Source: Candidatus Margulisiibacteriota bacterium
Lineage (GTDB): Bacteria > Margulisbacteria > WOR-1 > O2-12-FULL-45-9
Direction of reading: 5' to 3'
NCBI GenBank assembly: GCA_034723395.1
Contig: JAYEOW010000018.1
Coordinates: forward strand, 1-16,862
Length of the DNA stretch: 16,862 bases
Shown here: positions 1-7,870 of the stretch, in pieces
Numbering within the stretch: position 1 is the first letter of the stretch
Layout of the letters: each line of letters opens with the position of its first letter
Program-made: the position numbers and the translations under genes
Notes under the pieces: model-generated
What the model was told of the DNA's origin: nothing
Database searches by the model: none
Seen by the model: the letters and a program-made list of their open reading frames with translations, nothing else

Positions 1-180
<180 letters not shown>

Positions 181-189
181 TTAACCTCT

Positions 190-1413
190 TTAAGTTGATA
201 ATATATTTTTCCAGTTATAATTAACGGTCTTGCCTTTTAGGGAGAAATTGGATTTGGACCTGGAAATAATGGCGGTCGTTCCAATTTTTAATTTGAGCTC
301 ATTTTTAATTTTTATGATGGAAGCTGCGTGTTTTTGGGTGATAGTCATGCCGCTTTTTATTTCAAATAAATGCAGTTTTTGGTCGATCTCCAGCACCAAA
401 TCTATTTCCAGCCCGTCTCGAGTGCGCAGATAATATATAGAAGGCATTTGTCCGAAGTGAAGGAACCTTTTTAAGAAATCGTTAACGACCATAGTTTCGA
501 ACAGACTGCTGAAGTTCGGGCTTTTAATTAGTGTTTCGCGGTCATGTATGCCCAAAAGATAAGAAGCCAGGGCTGTGTCGCAGAAATATAGCTTCGGACT
601 TTTTACCAGCCGTTTACCGATATTCTTGTAATAAGGGTAGAGCAGATAAAGCTGGTAGCCGGTCTCCAGGATTGAGAGCCATCTTTTGGCGGTAGGGACG
701 CTTATCCCGATATCCTTGGCCATTTCTGAAAGATTAACGATTTGTCCCGTCCTTGTTGCGCATAATTTTAGGAATCTTTCAAATTGGGTTAAATCTCCGA
801 TATTGGCCAAGTTTCTAACATCGCGCTCCAGATAGGTGGAAATGTACGATCCGCACCACAGCTGCCGATCGACCGATCTTTTGCTGGCTATTTCCGGGTA
901 ATTTCCCCGCAATAAAACCTCGCTTAAAGAAGAATGCCCTTTCCCTGATTTGTGCAGGTTTAATTCTTTGAGCCATATTGCCGCTTTTTTTGCCTGTTTT
1001 GCCTGGTTTACCCTTTCTGTATAGGAAAAGGGGAGGAGTGATAAGACGGCTGCCCTGCCTGCCAGAGACTGGCTGACTCCCTGCATTAAGATAAAATTTT
1101 GCGATCCGGTAAACAGCCACTGTCCCGCTTTTCTATTTTGGTCGATTTTGGTTTTGATATAAGAGAGCAGTTCGGGAACGTATTGTATCTCGTCAAAGAT
1201 TACCGGGGGTCGGTTTTCTTCCAGAAAACCAAGAGGATCTTCTTTTGCCCGCATTCTTACGTCAGGGTCTTCAAGGGAGACGAAGCGATGCGTTTTGGCA
1301 AAAAGCATTTTTAAAAGTGTGGTTTTGCCGGATTGCCTTGGGCCGGTTACTACAATCGCCGGAAAAGTTTTTAGAGCCTTTGAAATGGCCTCAGCCAGGA
1401 CTCGGGGTTTCAC
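190..1413 (-). CDS. AAA+ ATPase (AAA_14-type) with DUF4143 and C-terminal PD-(D/E)xK-like region
   Basis: Walker A GPRQSGKTT, Walker B IFDEIQ, TGSQ, GNYPE, HTH-like NLSEMAKDIGISVPTAKRWLSIL, SPKLYFCDT, FETMV and EIDLVL...FEIKS. GTG start at 1413. Confidence 0.88.
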   Translation of the reverse strand: MKPRVLAEAISKALKTFPAIVVTGPRQSGKTTLLKMLFAKTHRFVSLEDPDVRMRAKEDPLGFLEENRPPVIFDEIQYVPELLSYIKTKIDQNRKAGQWLFTGSQNFILMQGVSQSLAGRAAVLSLLPFSYTERVNQAKQAKKAAIWLKELNLHKSGKGHSSLSEVLLRGNYPEIASKRSVDRQLWCGSYISTYLERDVRNLANIGDLTQFERFLKLCATRTGQIVNLSEMAKDIGISVPTAKRWLSILETGYQLYLLYPYYKNIGKRLVKSPKLYFCDTALASYLLGIHDRETLIKSPNFSSLFETMVVNDFLKRFLHFGQMPSIYYLRTRDGLEIDLVLEIDQKLHLFEIKSGMTITQKHAASIIKIKNELKLKIGTTAIISRSKSNFSLKGKTVNYNWKNILST

Positions 1414-1419
1414 GCTTAA

Positions 1420-1447
1420 ATTTTACCCTTAATATTTAATATGTCAA
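1420..1447 (-). promoter_or_regulatory. Sigma70-type promoter for the ATPase gene (TTGACA-N16-TAAAAT)
   Basis: Minus-strand TTGACA at 1442-1447 and TAAAAT at 1420-1425, followed by 6 nt and the GTG start. Confidence 0.7.
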
Positions 1448-1462
1448 GTTAAATATTAAGGG
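1426..1462. repeat. Perfect 14-bp inverted repeat (candidate operator) flanking the -35 box
   Basis: CCCTTAATATTTAA (1426-1439), 9-nt spacer, TTAAATATTAAGGG (1449-1462). Confidence 0.85.
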
Positions 1463-2268
1463 ATAGACAAGAAAGTATTTTTGGTCCTCTTGCCGGTCGC
1501 GTCCTGGCGGCAGTTATCAGCGATAAAATTCCGCTTGGAAATCGAGAAATCGCTCAAATTGATGATCCGATGTTTTACCTTTTTAAAGAGCATCCGTTTA
1601 CCGGTAGAGGACCCGCCATCCAACATGATCTTGATCCCCCACCAGCCGCTATGGTCCCTGGCGGCGTGGTTGTGGCCGTAAAGAACAATGTCGACCTTGC
1701 CCGCGATAATTCTTTTTAATTTTAAATGGTCTTTTAATTTATGAAAAGGCAGCAGGTCAATGGGATGATGATGAAAATATATTATTTTTTTAAAGCCCTG
1801 AAAATCTTTCCGGTTAATGATCTCATCCAACTTATTCAACTGCTCGTCCCCGATTTCCCCGTCCGCAAAAAAGCGGTCGTACCAGTGAATCTCTTCCACA
1901 TTGGAATCCAGCCCTACAAAAAGTGCGTCGCCAATAACGTCGATCCGGGGGAATTTTAACCCGAAAGCGCCCATAAATTTTTGGCCGATGCTTCTCGTGT
2001 TTACCCAGCCATTCCCATAATCATGGTTGCCCGGCGCAACCAAGACCTTAAAGCCCTCTTTTTTAAGCGTATTTATAATTTCGACGGCTTCGTCCAGCTG
2101 GCGGTTCGAGAATGCGGATTCTACCAAGTCGCCGGTAAGGACGATAACTATTTCATCCGCCTTCTCCCGATTGATAATATTCCGGGCAATGGACCGGAAC
2201 CTGCGCCCGCAATTGCGATAACCAATGTGCGGATCACTTAAGTGAAGGATTTTTAGGTTGTTTTTCAT
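1456..2268 (-). CDS. Calcineurin-like metallophosphoesterase (CpdA/Icc-like)
   Basis: All five metal-binding motifs are present: SDPH, TGDL, GNHD, FHHHP, GHNH. Confidence 0.9.
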   Translation of the reverse strand: MKNNLKILHLSDPHIGYRNCGRRFRSIARNIINREKADEIVIVLTGDLVESAFSNRQLDEAVEIINTLKKEGFKVLVAPGNHDYGNGWVNTRSIGQKFMGAFGLKFPRIDVIGDALFVGLDSNVEEIHWYDRFFADGEIGDEQLNKLDEIINRKDFQGFKKIIYFHHHPIDLLPFHKLKDHLKLKRIIAGKVDIVLYGHNHAARDHSGWWGIKIMLDGGSSTGKRMLFKKVKHRIINLSDFSISKRNFIADNCRQDATGKRTKNTFLSIP

Positions 2269-2335
2269 AAAATAAAATTAAAAAAACCGGGCCAGGTGAA
2301 AGTAATCTAACATATCCGGGCATAATTTGTACAGC

Positions 2336-2344
2336 TGCTATAAT
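2336..2344 (+). promoter_or_regulatory. Extended -10 element (TGCTATAAT) upstream of sppA
   Basis: Exact TGnTATAAT 70 nt before the ATG. A second TATAAT at 2400-2405 lies 9 nt before the ATG. Confidence 0.45.
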
Positions 2345-2414
2345 TCCTGGCGGGGTAGATGACCGTTAATATTAATTTGTATTAGTTTATCCGAACATAT
2401 ATAATATATTAACA

Positions 2415-4817
2415 ATGTATAGGTTAATAATCTTCTTCCTGGCGGTATCATTATCTATCTTTCCCGTTTTTTCTCAAACGCTTTCTGATTACGCGCTAAA
2501 ACAAGGGGTGGGAGTGCGAGCGGCGGGGATGGGGGGCGCTTATACAGCGATAGCCGATGATGAAAGCGCCATCTTTTATAATCCGGCCGGTTTGGCGCTC
2601 CCCGGGTTTTGCTACACCTTTGGAAACCCGGATACCGAACAGGCCAGATATAACGGATCGCAGGAATTATTAAAGCTTGGCTACGTTGGATACGGAGCCT
2701 GGCAGATGAGCAATACCGCAAGCGATGAGGTAAAAGTTAGCGCGGTCGGATTTGGGAACCGGAATGGATGGCTCAGCTGGGGGACAAGCTTTAAAAATGT
2801 TAACTGGACGGCATCGGGAATTGAAAATGCGGGATGGTCGGGAGATATCGGCCTTCTGGTCCGGATAAGTCCCCAATTTAATGTCGGGCTTTTGGTCCAG
2901 GATGTTTTAACCAGCAAAGATTTTATAGCCCCATCTTCCGGGAGGTTAGGCCTTGCTTTTAGTCCCTTGGATGGAAGGCTCGCGCTGGCCGCTGATCTTG
3001 AGATCGATAGCTCAGCGAAAAGTTACGGCCATTTAGGCTACGACCTGAATATCGTCAAAGGATTTTCCCTGCGCGGCGGATTCGACCGGGGAGAGCCAAC
3101 TGCCGGTGTAAGTTTGGACCTTGGCTTTTTCTCTTTTGAATATGCCGCCCTCTTTAGCGAAAACGGGAATGCGATCCATCGCTTCCAAACCGGAATAAAG
3201 GTCCTTCCGGCGCGTGAACGCCCCTTTTCAATTATTAAACCAAAAGAGTATGCGCTGATCGATATTGGAGGAGCGATCAAGGGCGGGAGGAGCGAGTATA
3301 GTTTTCTCGGCGGGATGAGGCCGGGGCTTGATAATATACTCTCTTCAATTAGAAGGGCGACTAAAGACAGGTCGATTGACGGGATTATGCTCAGGATCGG
3401 TGGTTTTGGCGGGGGGTTGGGGGGGATGGCGATCGTCCAGGAGATCCGGGCAGAGCTGGTGCGGGCGAAGAAAAAGGGGAAGAAGATCGTCGCTTTTATC
3501 GAAGGCAATGCGATCGGGGACGAATATTATCTGGCGGCAATTGCGGATAAGATCGTAGCGCCGCCCGGAGCGGCGATCGGTGGATTTGGCAAAAGCCTCG
3601 AGATTTACCGGATCAAGGGGTTGTATAAAAAGATTGGTATAGAGCAGCAGGTCTTTGCCCAGGGGAAGTATAAAGACGCGCTTAGTCCGTTCCGCGAAGA
3701 GATGACCATTGAGCAGGAAGAGATGGTTAGGGGGATTGTGGCTGATCTTTACCGGACGATGATTGCTCAGATCGCCGAAGATCGGGAACTGCCGGTTAGT
3801 AGCGTTAAAGAGATGGGGGATGGGATGATCTTTCCAGCAAAGCTGGCTAAAAAGCTGGGATTAGTCGATGAGATCGGGTATTTTAAGGATGCGAAGAAGA
3901 TTGGGGCTAAGCTACTGGGGGAAAAGGATAAAGAGGCATATATTGTTGAACCGCGGCAGGTAAAACCGGACGATCTCTTTTTGACCCGTGTGTTTGGGGT
4001 GGCGGTGATCGAGATCGATGGGGAGATCGTGAGCAGGAGCGGGGGAGAGAACGTTATTTTTGGCGGGCGCTACATCGGATCGGAATCGGTGGCCAAATAT
4101 ATCCGCAAAGCGAGCGACGACCTGTTTATTAAGGCGATAATTTTAAGGATCAACAGCCCGGGTGGAGGAGCGATCGCGTCCGGGGAGATCTATAAGGCGA
4201 TCAAGTATGCAAAAGACAGGAAGAAAGTGGTTATTGCATCGATCGGGAGTATTGGCACGTCCGGAGGGTATTATATCGCAGCGGGGGCGGATAAGATCAT
4301 TGCTAATCCATCCAGCCTGACCGGCAGTATCGGAGTGATCGGCCACCTGTCTATTATTTCTGAACTGTTGGATAAATTAGATGTAAAGACTGACGTGATC
4401 AAGGAGGGGGAACACGCCGATATGTTTTCCGGTCTGCGTGAACTAACCTCGGTAGAGGTTTTTGCGATAGAGCGGCTGCAAAAAGAGAGCTATGACGAAT
4501 TTGTTCAGGCGGTAGTTGCCGGCAGGGGGTTATCGACCGGAGAAGTGGAGGCGGCGGCGCAGGGGAGGCTTTATACCGGCGAGCAGGCGCTAGGCCTTAA
4601 CCTGATCGATGGGCTTGGCGGATTTTGCGATGCGGTTGATCTCGCCAAAAAAGAGGCGGGTATAAAAGGGGAGCCGCGCCTGGTCTTTTACCACGAACCG
4701 AGCTTATTCTTTAGGTTTGGTGAGGGAATTGTCGAGTCGCTGGGGATTAATATAATTGATCTCCTCAGGGTAGATCATCTTCAATCTCTCCCGAGCGATC
4801 CTCTCGATATCCGATAA
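2415..4817 (+). CDS. sppA: Signal peptide peptidase SppA (protease IV, two-domain 67K type, S49) fused to an N-terminal predicted outer-membrane beta-barrel
   Basis: Sec-type signal peptide, then barrel signature GVRAAGMGGAYTAIADDESAIFYNPAGL. Two S49 domains follow, with QGKYKDA (catalytic Lys position), INSPGGG, GTSGGYYIA (catalytic Ser), TGSIGV and GRLYTGEQA. Confidence 0.88.
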   Translation: MYRLIIFFLAVSLSIFPVFSQTLSDYALKQGVGVRAAGMGGAYTAIADDESAIFYNPAGLALPGFCYTFGNPDTEQARYNGSQELLKLGYVGYGAWQMSNTASDEVKVSAVGFGNRNGWLSWGTSFKNVNWTASGIENAGWSGDIGLLVRISPQFNVGLLVQDVLTSKDFIAPSSGRLGLAFSPLDGRLALAADLEIDSSAKSYGHLGYDLNIVKGFSLRGGFDRGEPTAGVSLDLGFFSFEYAALFSENGNAIHRFQTGIKVLPARERPFSIIKPKEYALIDIGGAIKGGRSEYSFLGGMRPGLDNILSSIRRATKDRSIDGIMLRIGGFGGGLGGMAIVQEIRAELVRAKKKGKKIVAFIEGNAIGDEYYLAAIADKIVAPPGAAIGGFGKSLEIYRIKGLYKKIGIEQQVFAQGKYKDALSPFREEMTIEQEEMVRGIVADLYRTMIAQIAEDRELPVSSVKEMGDGMIFPAKLAKKLGLVDEIGYFKDAKKIGAKLLGEKDKEAYIVEPRQVKPDDLFLTRVFGVAVIEIDGEIVSRSGGENVIFGGRYIGSESVAKYIRKASDDLFIKAIILRINSPGGGAIASGEIYKAIKYAKDRKKVVIASIGSIGTSGGYYIAAGADKIIANPSSLTGSIGVIGHLSIISELLDKLDVKTDVIKEGEHADMFSGLRELTSVEVFAIERLQKESYDEFVQAVVAGRGLSTGEVEAAAQGRLYTGEQALGLNLIDGLGGFCDAVDLAKKEAGIKGEPRLVFYHEPSLFFRFGEGIVESLGINIIDLLRVDHLQSLPSDPLDIR

Positions 4818-5003
4818 GTTTTCTTTCTTTGCTGCCCGGCTGCCCAAGTTCCTGTTCTTACTTCGGATCTCATTCAATTTGATCTTAAGGTCGGTTACTT
4901 TATATTTCAGATCGATATTTTGAGTGTTGATATATAAATGGATACTGGCCAGGGTGATAATTGTGACCAGAACAAAGACCGCGCGTCTAAATCGAAACTT
5001 CAT
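4704..5003 (-). CDS. ftsL: Cell division protein FtsL-like
   Basis: 99 aa with basic N-terminus, one TM helix, a coiled coil and IERIARERLKMIYP. Directly downstream of rsmH with an ATGA overlap. Confidence 0.78.
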   Translation of the reverse strand: MKFRFRRAVFVLVTIITLASIHLYINTQNIDLKYKVTDLKIKLNEIRSKNRNLGSRAAKKENLSDIERIARERLKMIYPEEINYINPQRLDNSLTKPKE

Positions 5004-5893
5004 ATTCTCTCTCCCGCCCTTAGTTTAGCGCTTTTGGCCCGCGGGTTGGAGGCGATTTCCTCTTCTCCTGCCCGGACCGGTTTTTTGGTCAGGATAATGA
5101 TCTTTTCCTCCCGTTTCGCGTTTCGTAGTGTTTGTTTGGCGATCCTGTCTTCCAGCGAGTGATAGGAGAGGATGACGATCCTTCCTCCCGGTTTTAGAAG
5201 GTCGACCGCATCATTCAACGCAGTTTTTAAGCTGTTAAGCTCATCATTGACGGCGATGCGCAGCGCCTGGAAAATTCTTGTAACCGATTCCCGTTTCTTC
5301 CAAGTTGGAATCGCTTTCTCGACGAGTTCCTTTAACTGAAAGGTCGTGTTCACATATTGCATATCACGTATCTCGATTATCCGACGAGCAATTCTTTTTG
5401 AAAAGCGCTCCTCCCCATACTTTTTAAATATCTTTTCAAGTTCTTCCTGCTCGAAATTATTTATAATCTGTTCTGCGGTTAATTTTTGCGACTTATCCAT
5501 CCGCATATCAAGCGGGCCATCATTTTTGACGCTGAAACCTCGAGATGGCTCATCGATTTGATAGGAAGAGATTCCAAGGTCAAAAAGAATCCCATCTACC
5601 GGTTCTTTAACAATATTTTTTAGATTTTTAAAATTATCTCTAACATACTCGATATTCCGCTTAGCTGATAATCTCTTCTTTGCTGCATCGACTGCCTCCT
5701 GGTCCATATCTATCCCGATGACGTTAGCGGTTTTCGCGATTATTTCCGCATGACCACCACCGCCGAGATTGCAATCGACATAGGCCCCGCCTGCTTTAAT
5801 GTTTATAAAGTCGATCGATTCTCTTGACATGACGGGGGTGTGTTGATAATTATCTGACATATTTTTTTCTATCGGGTAGGCGATTGAATTCAT
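5000..5893 (-). CDS. rsmH: 16S rRNA m4C1402 methyltransferase RsmH (MraW)
   Basis: HTPVM, DCNLGGGGHA, DLGISSYQID, RGFS, GPLDMRMD, YGEERF, FQALRIAVNDEL, SYHSLEDR, NPRAKSAKLR. The start is either ATG 5893 (6 nt after an extended -10) or ATG 5860. The ORF-track start at 6043 is unlikely. Confidence 0.95.
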   Translation of the reverse strand: MNSIAYPIEKNMSDNYQHTPVMSRESIDFINIKAGGAYVDCNLGGGGHAEIIAKTANVIGIDMDQEAVDAAKKRLSAKRNIEYVRDNFKNLKNIVKEPVDGILFDLGISSYQIDEPSRGFSVKNDGPLDMRMDKSQKLTAEQIINNFEQEELEKIFKKYGEERFSKRIARRIIEIRDMQYVNTTFQLKELVEKAIPTWKKRESVTRIFQALRIAVNDELNSLKTALNDAVDLLKPGGRIVILSYHSLEDRIAKQTLRNAKREEKIIILTKKPVRAGEEEIASNPRAKSAKLRAGERI

Positions 5894-5899
5894 GGATAA

Positions 5900-5908
5900 A
5901 TTATAACA
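5900..5908 (-). promoter_or_regulatory. Extended -10 (TGTTATAAT) for rsmH-ftsL
   Basis: Minus-strand TGTTATAAT ends 6 nt before ATG 5893. Confidence 0.55.
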
Positions 5909-5947
5909 TATATTGAAATTATCCAGGAAATTATACGAAAGATACCC

Positions 5948-7870
5948 GTGACAATACTTACTTATAAGGCTCAGGCGGGAAAGATTTTTTGCACCCAAAA
6001 GGGGCGCAATGCCATACGAAGAGTATTGGGCCGGATGCGCCACGGCCGAAGGTTGAGATCGATAATGACGCGGGAATCCGAGCTTAATTTACGCGCCTTG
6101 TCTTACACGCGGCCTAATACGACCCGCGCCTTTTTGAAAGGGTTGGCCAGGTTGGACAGTTTGGCCATCCCAGTTGAAGGGATTGTAGTTCCCAGAGCGT
6201 TGGGGGAGACTCAAAACCGCGGATTATTTTCCCGGTTGGGCAGTGTAAGATCACTGGTCCATCTTATTGATGAAAATGGCGTTTTAAATCTCCGCGCTGA
6301 ACGGGCAGGATTAAAGCATAAACTGGGATATATTGATCTTACGCCAAACCATAAGCCATTTACCCTCGGGGATTATCAAAAAGTCCTGGAAGAATCTTAT
6401 GCGGTTTTCGAAAAGGAGCAAAGCGGGGAGTTGGGAAACCTCTTTTTATTTAAAATATTACTGCGGGCGAGAATTGACCTGTACCGCGCGGGTGAAAGAC
6501 GCTCGGCGCGTAAACTAAAAGGAGAAGCTGTCGGCCTGACCCGTGAGATGCAGAGGATAAAAGGACACTTGGCTTATGTGGCCAATAATTTTCCTTTTGG
6601 GACAGCGGTAGAAAGAGAGAGGGCCAAGCAAGGGGTCGAGCGGACGGTAGAGCTGATGGGCAAAAAGAATAATACGGCGGCTAATTCTAAACTGGTTTCT
6701 TTAACAACTAATCTGGAAAGACTGCTTGAAAGCCAGGGAAGAGAGCGATTGGCAAGGACTCGAAGGGCTTCGGATCCGGGCAGGCTGAAGTTGAGATATG
6801 ACCGGGGAATGTGGAGGGTGAGGCAGGAGGGGTACAAAAGGAGCCGGGTAAGTTTGTTGACCAAGGGGGATATCGATCATGGCGTGTCGAACGCGAAATT
6901 ATTGAGCAGGATAGAGCATCAAATTGAAAGCATCAGCGAAGAGATAGTCCGGAATCGGATGTTTATTGAAGAATTAACTTATATAAGAGGGCATTTGCCG
7001 GATAACCTGGATGGCCTTTTCGAAATTTATCTCACCTTCACAAATTATTTTAATCGGCATAAGGAAAAGGCCTGCGCGGAAATCGAAGGGGCGTGGCAGC
7101 TGGCGGCGATCGGCACCCTCCAGGCGCTTAACCTGGCTAAAGGTTTAATGAACCTGGCGATCAAAGATATAAAGTTAAGGCAGGCAAACTTGGAGGTCCA
7201 GGGAAAAAGATTGGAAGGCTTTTACTCGCACACGGAGGGGAGAATGGCAGAGATCATGGTCCGTTTTGCTGAAAGTGTGGCCAGAGATTTGTCCGCGCCG
7301 CAAATATTTTCAGGAGAAGCGGGCCTGGGGAATATTGACAGGCGGTTAGGTGGTTTTTTGGGGACATTTTTCAGGGGGGAGATGCGGGAGAAATGGTTGA
7401 AAAGGGCAAAAAGCAGGGTGGTGGGAACGAAAAATGCGCTTTCGGGCATCACTGAGCTGGTCCGGCAGAAAAAAGAAAAGATGGGTGAAGTCGTAGAGAA
7501 AAGGAATACTTATCTTGCCCGACGGGATGAGTTTATTAACTTTGGAGGGGATCTCGAACTTTTTAGGGAAGAGGAATTGGCCCAGGTAAGGCAGGCCCTT
7601 GCCGGGATTAACGAGCTGAACGATGGGATTGAAGTCGCCCTGCTTAAAGCGTCCAGGTTTATTTTAAAGATGGGGTTGGATTATGCGAACCGGAGGGATG
7701 AGGCGATGTGTAAGACAGCGTATTTTAACGGTTATCGGTTTGAGCTCCACCGTTTTAGATTGTTAGGCATTGATCAGGTAACGATCAAAGGCTCAAGAGG
7801 AGAAAATATTGGGATAGCGTTAAGAGGGGAAGCTCAGGCGATGGGCCTTCGGTTCCAGGAATTAGCCTAG
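5948..7870 (+). CDS. Hypothetical protein, 640 aa, Arg-rich, predicted mostly alpha-helical
   Basis: Long ORF filling the gap between rsmH and gatB. No recognisable catalytic motif, signal peptide or TM segment. GTG start, exact start uncertain. Overlaps the gatB 3' end by 9 nt. Confidence 0.75.
   Translation: MTILTYKAQAGKIFCTQKGRNAIRRVLGRMRHGRRLRSIMTRESELNLRALSYTRPNTTRAFLKGLARLDSLAIPVEGIVVPRALGETQNRGLFSRLGSVRSLVHLIDENGVLNLRAERAGLKHKLGYIDLTPNHKPFTLGDYQKVLEESYAVFEKEQSGELGNLFLFKILLRARIDLYRAGERRSARKLKGEAVGLTREMQRIKGHLAYVANNFPFGTAVERERAKQGVERTVELMGKKNNTAANSKLVSLTTNLERLLESQGRERLARTRRASDPGRLKLRYDRGMWRVRQEGYKRSRVSLLTKGDIDHGVSNAKLLSRIEHQIESISEEIVRNRMFIEELTYIRGHLPDNLDGLFEIYLTFTNYFNRHKEKACAEIEGAWQLAAIGTLQALNLAKGLMNLAIKDIKLRQANLEVQGKRLEGFYSHTEGRMAEIMVRFAESVARDLSAPQIFSGEAGLGNIDRRLGGFLGTFFRGEMREKWLKRAKSRVVGTKNALSGITELVRQKKEKMGEVVEKRNTYLARRDEFINFGGDLELFREEELAQVRQALAGINELNDGIEVALLKASRFILKMGLDYANRRDEAMCKTAYFNGYRFELHRFRLLGIDQVTIKGSRGENIGIALRGEAQAMGLRFQELA

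Noticed and set aside
989..1013. 9-bp near-tandem repeat TTTGCCTG(T/G) in the ATPase gene
   Set aside because: Two units plus a degenerate third, in frame (NQAKQAK). Explainable as a small peptide duplication.
2269..2414. Possible riboswitch or structured leader in the phosphoesterase/sppA divergent region (GCCAGG 2291-2296 / CCTGGC 2346-2351, and a T-run on the minus strand)
   Set aside because: Only a 6-bp long-range complement, with no recognisable Rfam motif or proper terminator stem.
3038..3508. 156-aa minus-strand ORF and the other short ORFs nested in sppA, gatA, gatB, the kinase and tsaD
   Set aside because: They lie wholly within well-supported genes on the opposite strand or another frame, with no motifs or start signals.
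5891..5927. TTATCCA half-sites as DnaA boxes or an origin
   Set aside because: Each has two mismatches to TTATCCACA, there are only two copies, and there is no dnaA/dnaN context.
5894..6043. N-terminal extension of RsmH given by the ORF track (347 aa)
   Set aside because: It runs through AT-rich promoter-like DNA and overlaps the divergent 640-aa ORF. RsmH similarity begins only at HTPV.
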